NCBI RefSeq assembly: GCF_006345805.1
Contig: NC_042998.1
Coordinates: 7,812,001 to 7,876,000 of the forward strand
From: Octopus sinensis
Lineage: Eukaryota
DNA: 64,000 bases
Reading direction: 5' to 3'
Positions 35,501 to 47,201 of the stretch are shown here, piece after piece (position 1 is the stretch's first letter; the number at the start of each line of letters is the position of its first letter). Below the pieces are notes generated by a model that saw only the letters and a program-made list of their open reading frames with translations, did no database searches and was not told the origin of the DNA. The position numbers were made by a program, and so were the translations under genes.

Positions 35501-35940
35501 AATTATAATTAAGTGTTAATTGCAACAAGTTGCTCAAAACCACATACCGAAAATATTAGAAATAGCAGTCAAATTGATCACTATTTCCTCTACTAATAAA
35601 AAGTCTCCACAAACAAACAGAATTTGTAACCAGTATATGGCAAAAAAGGAAGAAAATAACGGGTGAGTTTTTCCCCTAGCATTTCTAGATTTATAGGAAA
35701 TATTATATCGACAAGGAAATGAGCCTTCGGTTCTAATCCAGAGACGATTCGTCTATAATTAATCCATAGGCTGGGATTTCGTTATTTTCTTCCTTTTTTG
35801 CCATATACAGGTTACAAATTCTGTTTGTTTGTGGAGACTTTTTATTAGTAGAGGAAATAGTGATCAATTTGACTGCTATTTCTAATATTTTCGGTATGTG
35901 GTTTTGAGCAACTTGTTGCAATTAACCCTTAATTATAATT
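35501..35940. repeat. Long inverted repeat: 161-bp arms, 118-bp spacer
   Basis: 35501-35661 versus 35780-35940, 2 mismatches by eye. Confidence 0.92.
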
Positions 35941-36848
35941 TAAAAAATATATATATATATATATATACGTGCACACTTATGCATACACACACATACATAT
36001 ACTCAAACATATATAATATACATATACATCTATATACATATATACACATATATCACAGATGCATGCACATATACACAAATGCACATAGAATATTAACATC
36101 GCATATGTGATCGGGGGCGTATAATGAACTATTTATTTATTTCCCAGACAAGCAAAATAGACCCCCCACAGGTTTCTTATTCTTTTCGGTTGTTCTTAAT
36201 TAAGCTATGTACATTATCAATGTCTGCTCAACACTGCTAATTCACACGAGCCTAATATGGAAATAATGCATTCACGCTTTTAATCACAAGTATTTGCGAC
36301 CAAGGTTGACTTGGAACAGAAAACAACTTCAATACACCGACACACGCGCGCACACCTATAAACACACACACACACACTGTCTTGAAATACATTATATTTT
36401 CTATCAGACATGTACGTATAGTATATGATAGGTTGCCCGACAAGTTATAAACAGGGAAATTCTGTCAGATATGTTAGATAACTAACATCACTAGACAGTA
36501 ATAGCTTAGGTTACTTGGTACACATATTATTTTCGAGTATTCAGCATATTATTTCACTCGGAAAATATTTTATATCAGAAATATAACTGCTATAAGTTTC
36601 CCTTTTTAATTTCATCTAATAACAAACGAGGATCTTGTTAAATTTCTTCTAACCACTTGCAGTAATTCAGAGGTTTCGATTAGCTAAAATTGAAATGTGA
36701 ATACGAATTTTGTCATCAGCATGCAAAGCTACATCAAAACTATATATTTGGGAACTAATCAGGGAAAAGCATTGAAATACTTTAAGTGGTTGGTAGGAAT
36801 TTAACAAGATACACAGCCCATTTTACATTGAATATTATTATTAAATAA

Positions 36849-37072
36849 GGCGGTGATCTGGCAGAATTGTTAGCATGCCGAGCAAAATGCTTAGCGACAT
36901 TTCGTCCGACTTTACCTTCCCAGTTCAAATTCCGCTGAGATCGACATTGCCGTTCCTCCTTTCGGAATCGATAAAATAAGTTCCTATTGAGCACTGGGGT
37001 CAATGTAATCAACTTATCCCCACCCCATGAAACTTGTTGGCCGTGTGCCAAAATTTGAGACTAATATTTCCA
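36849..37072 (+). mobile_element. SINE family A with A2 tail (GGCCGTGTGCCAAAATTTGAG)
   Basis: A head and core with alternative tail. Confidence 0.75.
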
Positions 37073-38284
37073 AATACTAAAATTGTTTAATCTATAGTGT
37101 AGATGAGAAACAAAGAAAAATATATGCAGGAATAAACAACCGTAAACGCAAATTTATTGATAGTATGGTTATTCCGTATTATAATAATTATGTTGCTATC
37201 GTTTCAACCAAGATTCTTATGACCCCATTGGTGGATGTTCACGAGTTCCCTGTTCACAACGTGCGGATGGCATAAGGATAGCAATGGAATTGGATGATTC
37301 GGGAAGAATGTAGTGTGGTATCCTCTATATACTTATCTCGTTCGTCACCTCTGCACCTCACTGGGACAGAGTTAGTATTAACAGAGTTTCTACTCTTTTA
37401 CCTCAAATACAAGCATTCAATATTAAAGTACTCTTTTCCTAAAACTACCCTCACTCTCCTTTCTGCATCTTTAATGAACTCTTCTCTGCAATTTTCCTTT
37501 CATTTCATTTCAGTTCCTCTATCCGATAAATGTTGATCATACATTCTTCGGTGGAGCAATGCATTAAGGTAACTCATCATAGTTCTAATAATAGTTAGAC
37601 AATATCCAGTGTTAATGTAGTATTCTGTACGCACTTTCTGAGTTAACAAGAGAGCTTCTAAACAAATTGCTGGAGTAACGAGACGGTCACTCCACAATCC
37701 TTGACTCGTTACATTAAGCGAGATTCAAAACTACAATATCAGATGTTCACTGCTAGTGCGTGGAATCGTCAAAAAGGCCTCCAGTTGAAGTTTGCCTCAA
37801 TTCTCTTCGCACCCCATCTTTAAAATAAATAAATAAAAGTACGGAAGAATGCATCATGCATTATCCTCCTGGATGGATTAACTCTAAATAAGGAGTAGGA
37901 CTGTCGCCGCTGGAACACTATTAATTATAGGCTTTTCTTGATCAACGACGATCTTGTGTTAAACAAGAACAAAAGCAACAAAATCATTATTGGTTGTTCT
38001 TTCGCAGAAAAGATTTAGTTTGGAATTGTTAAATACATACATAGTTTTACCTGACGCAAAGATTTAGATCTAAAGACTAGATTGTAACCGTTGAGACTCA
38101 CTGCACTGACACACACAAAAATGTGCAGCAAATTAAAGTCATAAATGAATTTATGCAACTTTTTCAAGCTCAGCGATTTGAGTTTGAATGAATTAAACAT
38201 TTTTGGATCACACAAAAGTGCAAAAATTTCAAAAGCAAAATGAATATTTCTTGAATGGCAATGTCTTTATACACATTAAGGAAA

Positions 38285-38514
38285 GGCGGCGAGCTGGCAG
38301 AAACGTTAGCACACCGACGAAAATGCGTAGCCGTATTTCGTCTGTCGTTACGTTCCGAGTTCAAATTCCGTCGAGGTCGATTTTGCCTTTCATCCTTTCA
38401 GGGTCGATAAATTAAGTACCAGTTACGCACTGGGGTCGATGTAATCGACTTAATCCGTTTGTCTGTCCTTGTTTGTCCCCTCTGTGTTTAGCCCCTTGTG
38501 GGTAGTAAAGAAAT
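38285..38514 (+). mobile_element. SINE family A1 monomer
   Basis: Consensus match; imperfect TSD TATACACATTAA/TATATACATTAA. Confidence 0.9.
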
Positions 38515-39165
38515 GTATATACATTAATGATAGCGTAACTTAGATGTATCATCCTTGGTTTATACCCACCGGTTCTCATAACAAATTTGTATCTCGCTAT
38601 CTACGCACACATACACACACACACATATACATTCAAGCATGTATGTGATAGACAGATGCTTCACGTTTCTATCTGTATGCTGATAGACAGATTCTTCACG
38701 TTTCAATTTGTGTACGAACGATTTTCTGTACGCTTATGAAATTAATATGCATTTATATTATCTCACATCTATGCTTTGTGTGCGCGTGTGTGTGTGAGAG
38801 AGTACATATATAGCGACATGTATGCACGGAACGTTTATGTCAGCAACTATTCAGATGAGTCTGTTTTTGAATACCAGATGCCTGAATAGCTACACATTCG
38901 GTTTAATAAATATCATCTCGATAGTTTAATTTCATAGGAGTGGTTGTCAAACAGGATAACATATAGACTAGAGAATATGAATGTAATTGAAGAAAATGCG
39001 AGCAGGTGATGAATGGGATTTAATATAAACTTGATTGACCTCGCCGGATTTGAACTTAGAACGTCAATGACCGTAACTAAACACCACTATATACTAAGTT
39101 TGTCGTTACTGTATTAGTATTGCTGATCTCTTTACCATTCACACTTCTGATATTGATAAAGTACT

Positions 39166-39706
39166 GAGGCAGCGAGCTGGTAGAGTCGTTAGCACGCCGG
39201 GCGAAATGCGTAGCCGTATTTCGTATGTCGTTGCGTTTTGAGTTCAAATTCCGCCGAGGTCGACTTTGCCCTATATCCTTTCGGGGCTTGATTAAATAAG
39301 TACCAGTTACGCACTGGCGTCGGTGTAATCGGTTTAATCCGTTTGTCTGTCCTTGTTTGTCCTCTGTGTTTAGCCCCTTGTGGGTAGTAAAGAAGTAGAT
39401 ATTTCGTTTGCCTTTACGTTCTGAGTTCAAATTCCGCCGAGGTCGAATTTGCCTTACATCTTTTCGGGGTCGATAAATTAAGTACCAGTTACGCACATAA
39501 TCCGTTTGTCTCTCCTTGTTTGTCCCCTCTGTGTTTAGCCTCTTGTGGGTAGTAAAGAAATAGGTATTTCATCTGTCGTTACATTCCGAGTTCAAATTCC
39601 GCCGAGATCGACTCTGCCTTTCATCCTCTCGGGGATAAATTAAGTATCTAATCGACTGGCCGCCTCCCCCAAAATTTCGGGCCTTGTGCCTTGAGTAGTG
39701 AAGGAC
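39166..39706 (+). mobile_element. SINE family A trimer with 14-bp TSD
   Basis: Three body units, the last with the A3 tail; TSD ATTGATAAAGTACT at 39152-39165 and 39707-39720. Confidence 0.9.
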
Positions 39707-40414
39707 ATTGATAAAGTACTATTGAAATATGCAGAGGATCTAATCACCATTATCTTCAGGTGATTCATTCAGCCTAACTTTCTTTCATCTTTCTTCTCTA
39801 CTTGTTTCAGTCATTGGACTGCGGCCACGCTGGGGCACCACCTCGAAGGGTTTAGTCGAATAAATCCTCCCCAGTACTTATGTCTTTAAGGCCTGGTACT
39901 TATTCCTTTTTTTTTTCTGCCTAACCGCTCTGTTTACGGGGACGTTACGAGGTGTTGCTTTCTGTTTGCGTCAAGAAATCCATTCAAAGGGTACAGACGG
40001 CCCAGTGCAATAGTAGAAGGGCGTCAAGTAACAACTGTATGAAGGACAGAAATGGTTAATGAAACAAGGTTAGCAATAGTTTCCTGTATTTTTGCTCTTT
40101 CTAAATTTTTGTCTTTAAAACAGGATTATTGAACTAGCCATGCGATATGTGTCATAATTTTCTTGTTTCTTTCCTTTTTTTTTCTCTCCTTACGAAGTTG
40201 GCCCCACAATCAAAAATAATGTCAACCATAAATGTAATTTTAAGGACAAAAAGGTATTATTAGCAAATCATGTTCCTACAAAAACTATCTTGGAGATTAT
40301 GGATGTAAGTATTTGCGACTCGTGTCTAAGATGCAATTTCGACTGATGTGTTAAAACCGTCAAATCTGCTCAGGTACTCGACATCTTCCTAACCACTAGG
40401 CCACGTGCCCGTAC

Positions 40415-40462
<48 letters not shown>

Positions 40463-40891
40463 TATATATATATAAGCAGTAAACAATGTGTAGCAAAAAG
40501 GGAAGCGATAACCGTCATTAGATATGACTGACGGTGTTACATACAATTAAATTGCTAGAAATAAGAGCTAAACGCTCTAATGCTGCAGCCAAAGCTCATA
40601 ACTGTGTACATACATGCTGATAGGGACCGTAATCGCCCGAAAAACAGCTGTCGAGATGTTCCTAGATTGATCCGTTAGTTTCGGTTTTTTTGCCGAAGCC
40701 TCTGCAGTGGAATCGGCCCAACTTGGCTGTTCCCGGACGATGATCCCTGCCAGCATATATATCTACACCATAGAAATCTATGGATGATTTATGTGTATGT
40801 ATATGTGTGTGTGCATGCGTGTAAAAATATGCATATACATGTGTGTTTATGTATTTATGTGCTTGTGTGTGTAAGAGCTATTAACAGCAGT

Positions 40892-41122
40892 GGCGGCGAA
40901 CTGGCAGAAACGTTAGCACACCGGGCGAAATGCCTAGCCGTATTTCGTCTGCCGCTACGTTGTGAGTTCAAATTCCGCTGAGGTTGACTTTGCCTTTCAT
41001 CCTTTCGGGGTCGATAAATTAAGTACCAGTTACGCACTGGGGTCGATATAGTCGACTTAATCCGTTTGTCTGTCCTTGTTTGTCCTCTCTGTGTTTAGCC
41101 CCTTGTGGGTAGTAAAGAAATA
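40892..41122 (+). mobile_element. SINE family A1 monomer with 13-bp TSD
   Basis: TSD TATTAACAGCAGT at 40879-40891 and 41123-41135. Confidence 0.92.
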
Positions 41123-42967
41123 TATTAACAGCAGTAACTTGTCACAATCAGAGCCTCCAAGATAAAAAGTATAGTATTTTAAGGACTCGTCTAGCCGTTT
41201 TCTCATTTGTTGTGCATAAAAGGAAATAGCACAACGTTATCACCCGGACGGTTAACATGAAAATATCTTTTTAATAACTCAAGTCATTAACATCAACAAA
41301 TCATGCATTTTTGCAAAATCTAGTCACTACAAATTTCTTTCGATAAAATCTACTCCTTTTTTTTTTTATAGGAACACATATCTCTGTGCTTTAAAATAAA
41401 CCTCACACACCGTTATTAACATTCAGATAATGTTTAAAATCCTGAGCGAGAGTCTGCTGTAAAAGTAAGGCAGGCAACATTTTTCTAAGTCACGTGCTTT
41501 CATGATTTACATATCTTGTCTGAGATGTATAATCTAATTAAAGGACTGGAATTTTCCTCGTCTGACTTTGACTGTAGTTACTTTTATCTGAAACAAAAAT
41601 ATTTGCAAAGGATTTTATCGAAATAAAAACTAGGAAAACGAAAAAGGAAGTTGAAAGTATTCTAAATAAATATTTGCTGTTTTTTCATGTCCGTTTATAA
41701 GATATGAATGAATGGGTTTATACTACTCCGATATATTACAAATAAATTTTAAATAAACTATTCTTCAGACATTTTGCTGTGCACGCACACAGACACATAA
41801 GCAAGCACATAATATTTCATAAGAATGGATACATTTAATATTTAATAGCATCAGTTATTTGGATTACTTATCTATCTAGATCATAGCTGTTTTCTTTCTT
41901 AATTTATAATAACCTATTTCAAACGAGTCTTTTCTCTTGGTACTATTTTTGCGGTGGATATGATTCAAATTTGCTGTACTTCAGGGAATGTATACAGCAT
42001 AAATATACAGAGGCATAACTCAACTTACGTCGGTAATTATTTCTATGACATGCGACGCAACACGGACAAACATTTTAAACATTTTATTAGCTTATATCTG
42101 TTTTTATAAATGGTTTGTACATATTTTCTCATGTATTTCATTTGATGTCCCACTTCAGTATTGGGTTTTAGGTGTTTCTTTAATGTGTTCATACCTGTAA
42201 ATATGTCCGTTTGGACCGACGTAAAATCAGATAAATCGACTGATATAGAGGTTTTTTCCTCATTAATCTATTTAAGAAAAGAAACAATGTTAAGTCGAAA
42301 AGGACGTAACTTGAAACGACGTATGTTTAGGTATGCCTATATTTGTGTGTGTCTAGATGGATGGGTTGTCTGATAATTTATTATTTTTCTTATAACTATT
42401 TAATTAGTTTTTCCTCATTAAGTAAACAATGAGCTGCCATACGTTACATTCAATGTTATGTCAATCTTGACGCTTCTACAGTGGCATTTCTCCTAGTATG
42501 TTCATATACTTAGTAGCTAACTTGTTTGGTGATGTTCGATGATCATGAATTTTTCAATGTAATAATTTTATCGCTTTTAGACAAGAAAAACTTTTAAAAA
42601 TCTCTTGACCAAGTTCTCATTAAAATATAGTGCATAATATTTTGTCTGCTTAACGAAGCCGTTTCAAAATAGTAAATGCCGAAAGAAAAAGAAACGTTTG
42701 CAGTTGGAAAAATGAAACCAGGTCGGCCAGGAACATTTTATTTGATACGGGATCATACTCGAAAAGGTTATTTAATTTCGACGTCCTTTTTTTTTACAGC
42801 TTCAAAGCAGAACTGGAATGATATAAAATTTGTACTTTTCCTCAGTTAGTAGATTAAATCGCTATAACAGAGTATTGAAACTGGCATAAGGTTAAAATCA
42901 AGGCACTTCAATATGACAAATTCCTGGAGATTATTTTCAATACATAATTTTATGGCATGTTTATTCA

Positions 42968-43185
42968 TACTCTTTTACTCTTTTACTTGTTTCAGTCAGT
43001 TGACTGCGGCCATGCTGGAGCACCGCCTTTAGTCGAGCAACACTCGACCCCGGGACTTATTCTTTGTAAGCCCAGTACTTATTCTATCGGTCTCTTTTGC
43101 CGAACCGCTAAGTAACGGGGACATAAACACACCAGCATCGGTTGTCAAGCAATGCTAGGGGGACAACACAGACACACACATAAAT

Positions 43186-43247
<62 letters not shown>

Positions 43248-43296
43248 GACGGGCTTCTTTCAGTTTCCGTCTACCAAATCCACTCACAAGGCTTTG
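42968..43296 (-). mobile_element. SINE family B, 5'-truncated
   Basis: Match to family B. Confidence 0.85.
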
Positions 43297-44024
43297 GGAC
43301 TGAACACGGATTAACTTATTTTTCATAACGATTTATGAATAACCTGATTTTGATATTTCAAGTGGTTGGAAATCAATGTTAGAGTTCATAGACAAAGCAA
43401 AACTCAAATTTTGGAGCAAAATATGCTTCATAATAACAAAAACGATCATTTATTATTTGTAGACATCAGCCATATTTTCGAATCTTACATCAAAATAGTT
43501 ATTAAATTTGTGCAGAATCAACATTTTATATGACGATCATGCCTTCTCTAAGCAATATGTGCTGATATAACTATTTGAATAATAAATGTTTAATATAAAT
43601 GTATGCTGGATATATAATACGCAGAGACAAAATATTCTCTTAATTACAAAAGTTAGTATAATTTATCTCCTTGTCTGTGCTTTAAATATTTCAACAATGA
43701 TATCTTTGTAACTATATAATTAAGTCTTGAGTTAACAATTGGGTGATAATAAACGAAAAAACAGATTTTATTGATATCCCCTAACAAAGTGCCCACTATC
43801 GAGATCTGTATATTTACGAACTAACGGAAAAGTTAATAGCTTAAATTGTTATGACGGAATGCCAATGAAATTAAATATCAAGTTGTTTTCGCTGAAGTTC
43901 CTGTTTTTTACGTTCATCTTACTGAAATATTTACATTTCATCAAATGCAGGCAATAAAATTTCTAAGGCCGCCAATCTACGAGGTGAACAATTGTGTCAG
44001 TTTTCTAAACATATTATTAGTAAA

Positions 44025-44436
44025 GTAGGAGTGGCTGTGTGGTAAGTTGCTTGCTAACCAGCCACATGGTTCCGGGTTCAATCCCACTGCGTGGCATCTT
44101 GGGCAAGTGTCTTCTGCTATAGCCTCGGGCCGACCAAAGCCTTGTGAGTGGATTTGGTAGACGGAAACTGAAAGAAGCCTGTCGTATATATGTATATATA
44201 TGTATGTGTGTGTATGTTTGTATATGTTTGTGCGTCTGTGTTTGTCCCCCTAGCATTGCTTGACAACCGATGCTGGTGTATTTATGTCCCCCGTAACCTA
44301 GCGGTTCGGCAAAAGAGACCGATAGAATAAGTACTGGGCTTACAAAGAATAAGTCGATTTGCTCGACTAAAGGCGGTGCTCCAGCATGGCCGCAGCCAAA
44401 TGACTGAAACAAGTAAAAGAGTAAAAGAGAGTAAAG
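44025..44436 (+). mobile_element. SINE family B
   Basis: Full-length match. Confidence 0.9.
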
Positions 44437-44756
44437 CAATCCATTATATCACAATGTAATGGTTTCTTGCTAATGAGGCTTAGCTCCGGGTCAGCCTTGA
44501 TCAAGCTGTGACGCTCCCAGTCTTTCGCTATGTGCAAGGAACTCAGGATCCCTGTATCTTATATGTCCTTTATTAAGACGGTAAGTATGACTTAAGGAAG
44601 ATTTAGCTGTTGTTTCTAGTTGTCCAAATGAAGTAAGGCTCTTTATTGGCTGTATGTGATGTTTATGTGCATTTATATACATGACTCAAACATATTTTGA
44701 AGGGACAAAGGGAGTACTTCTTTAACCAAAAGACGCGGAAGCTCTCAGAGATAAAA

Positions 44757-44937
44757 AGGATTGACAGGCTAAGTCGATAGTCTCAACCCCAGTGCTCAAA
44801 TGGTACTTATTTTATTGACTTTGAAACGATGAAAGGCAAGGTCGGCCTCGGCGGAATTTGAACTCAGAATGTAAAGACGAACTAAAATCCCGCTGAGCAT
44901 TTTGCCCGGCATGCTAACGATTCTGCCAGCTCGTGCC
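44757..44937 (-). mobile_element. Older family-A SINE
   Basis: Reverse complement of the A head and core. Confidence 0.7.
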
Positions 44938-45172
44938 CTCGATAAGCTAGAAATATTAACCAAATTTTCCCCAAATCATGTCAAAGTGTCTGCCATAAAA
45001 AATAAAAAGTCACATTCAACGATGTAGACTCTGATAGACATAAACCAGTGCTGGTCGTGAATTGAAAGTTTTTGATCCGAGACTAAACAACGATAACAAG
45101 TATATAATTAATCGCGAATTCGTAAATTCTTATTAAAAATTTGCACCTGAGTTTAATATTAAGAAGCTTTAT

Positions 45173-45530
45173 TCCGCCCCGATCGACTTTGCCATTTATC
45201 CTATCGGAATCGATAAAATAAGTATCAGTTGAGCACTATGATCGATGTAATCGACTACCCTCTTCCTTGAAATTGCTGGCCTTGTGCCAAAATTCGAAGC
45301 CAATATTAAGAAGCTTAAGGCAACGAGCTGGCAGAATCGGTAGCACGCCGGGCAAAATGCTTAGTGGCATTTCATCCGACTTTACGTTCCGAGTTCAAAT
45401 TCCACCTTAGTCGACATTGCCTTTCATTTTTTCGGGATCGCTAAACTAAGAAGCATTTCAACTCTTGGATTGATGCAATCGACTTAGCCCCTTCCCCGAA
45501 GCTGCTGGCCTTGTGCCAAAATTTGAAATG
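45173..45530 (+). mobile_element. Two tandem A2 SINEs bounded and separated by three copies of a 15-bp target
   Basis: AATATTAAGAAGCTT at 45155, 45302 and 45531. Confidence 0.85.
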
Positions 45531-46802
45531 AATATTAAGAAGCTTTATCACATTTAATTCTGCTAAGATTCATCATTATAATGGCATATTTCAGAATCTA
45601 ATCTCACAGATATTTCAGTTTAATGTGAAACAGATATTCCTATTTAACATTAGTCAAAAGTAGAGCTACTTGATATTATTCAGCTGAAAGAAATATATAA
45701 GTTTATTGTGTGCTAGAAACCCGGTTAGTTTCTAAAATATAACAGAATTCGATACTGGAAATACCAGCCTACTTTCAAATAACGACAGCCCAGTTATAGT
45801 TATGGATATTTCGGATTACAATGTGGCAGAGACCCATTAACCTACTTTTGTGCAATCAAATTAGAACTGATTTTCTAGGACCAGCTATCTTGAGGCAAGG
45901 AATTAACAGAAATTATTCAAGAAAAATGATAATATTAGAAAACAAAAAAAAAAAGATCGAGGAATTTATTTCACGGCCGTGCCTTAATCGAAAGGCTGAA
46001 ACCAAGAAAATGATCAACTGATTCTCACTTAAATTTGATCATGAATTAACGAAGATAGCGCCAGTAGATTTCCTCGTTTGGACAACAGTATAGCAATAGC
46101 ATTGAATAGGACTGACTCTGGGGTTGCTGGGGAGACAGAACAAACCGAACTTCGATTACATTGCAAATGTAAACGTCATATTTTAAGAGAGTAGGGTATG
46201 GTTGAAGGAGATTTGACTTGTATTTCTAGCAGATCGATTGATCGATCAGGCAGATCTTCTCTCGATGATTCATGTATTGTTAATTTTGCCTGAAACATTT
46301 ATATTCAGAAACACAATTGCTTATGGTAAGAGAAAGAGAATTGCTTTTTTTAAAAAAATTTTTCGGCCATGTTGTTAGAATTACGATTTCGTGTCTTTAC
46401 CTTATCGTTTAAATTTTAAAGCAATTCTTTGTTTCTGAAATAACCCGAGCATGGAGCTGAATCCAATAATGGTAAAGCAACCAGAGTTTTAACTGTTCTA
46501 GTCACAGAAAGCGAATTGCATATTATATTCTCATTTTACTTTCGTATCTATGGATTCAGATCCCAATGACAAGTTTTGCTGTAGGTTCGATTTTCATGTC
46601 ATGCAGGACGAACACCAAATGTAAAAACAAATTGTTTATTACAATATATGAAGCAAAATCATAGTATGAAACTTTCAAATACTTGCATTAGTATTATTAG
46701 GAGAGAGAAATATACCACATGTCTTTGTGTGAGAGAGCCCGAAAGGTGCTGCTGATTATATGCATTAACGAGCTTTCGTCAAATAACGATTAAAAGACAT
46801 AT

Positions 46803-46848
<46 letters not shown>

Positions 46849-47157
46849 CACGTGATCACGTGACCGACCAGACCATCAGATGTTGCTACACATCGCTGGT
46901 CACAATGCGTTCGCATTGTTTTAGCCTTCGAACGACGCCACCCCACTGGTTAAGCGAGCAGGCCAACAGAAGAAAGAGTGAGAGAAAGTTGTGGCGAAAG
47001 AGTACAGCAGGGATCGCCACCACTTCTCAGCCGGAGCCTCGTGGAGCTTTAGGTGTTTTCGCTCAATAAACACTCACAACGCCCAGTCTGTCAATGGAAA
47101 CCGCGATCCTACGACCGCGAGTCCACTACTCTAACCACTGGGCCACTGCGCCTCCAC
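46849..47157 (-). mobile_element. SINE family C2, full length
   Basis: Match to 10884-11179. Confidence 0.9.
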
Positions 47158-47170
47158 ATATGTGTATGTA

Positions 47171-47201
<31 letters not shown>

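Noticed and set aside
37514-37568. 55-nt exon-like segment with strong acceptor and AAG/GTAACT donor
   Set aside because: Stops in all three frames and no supporting context; could only be non-coding
40611-40660. Hammerhead-like CTGATAG..CCCGAAAAACAGCTGTC
   Set aside because: Core and helices too degenerate; at best a decayed relative of family 4
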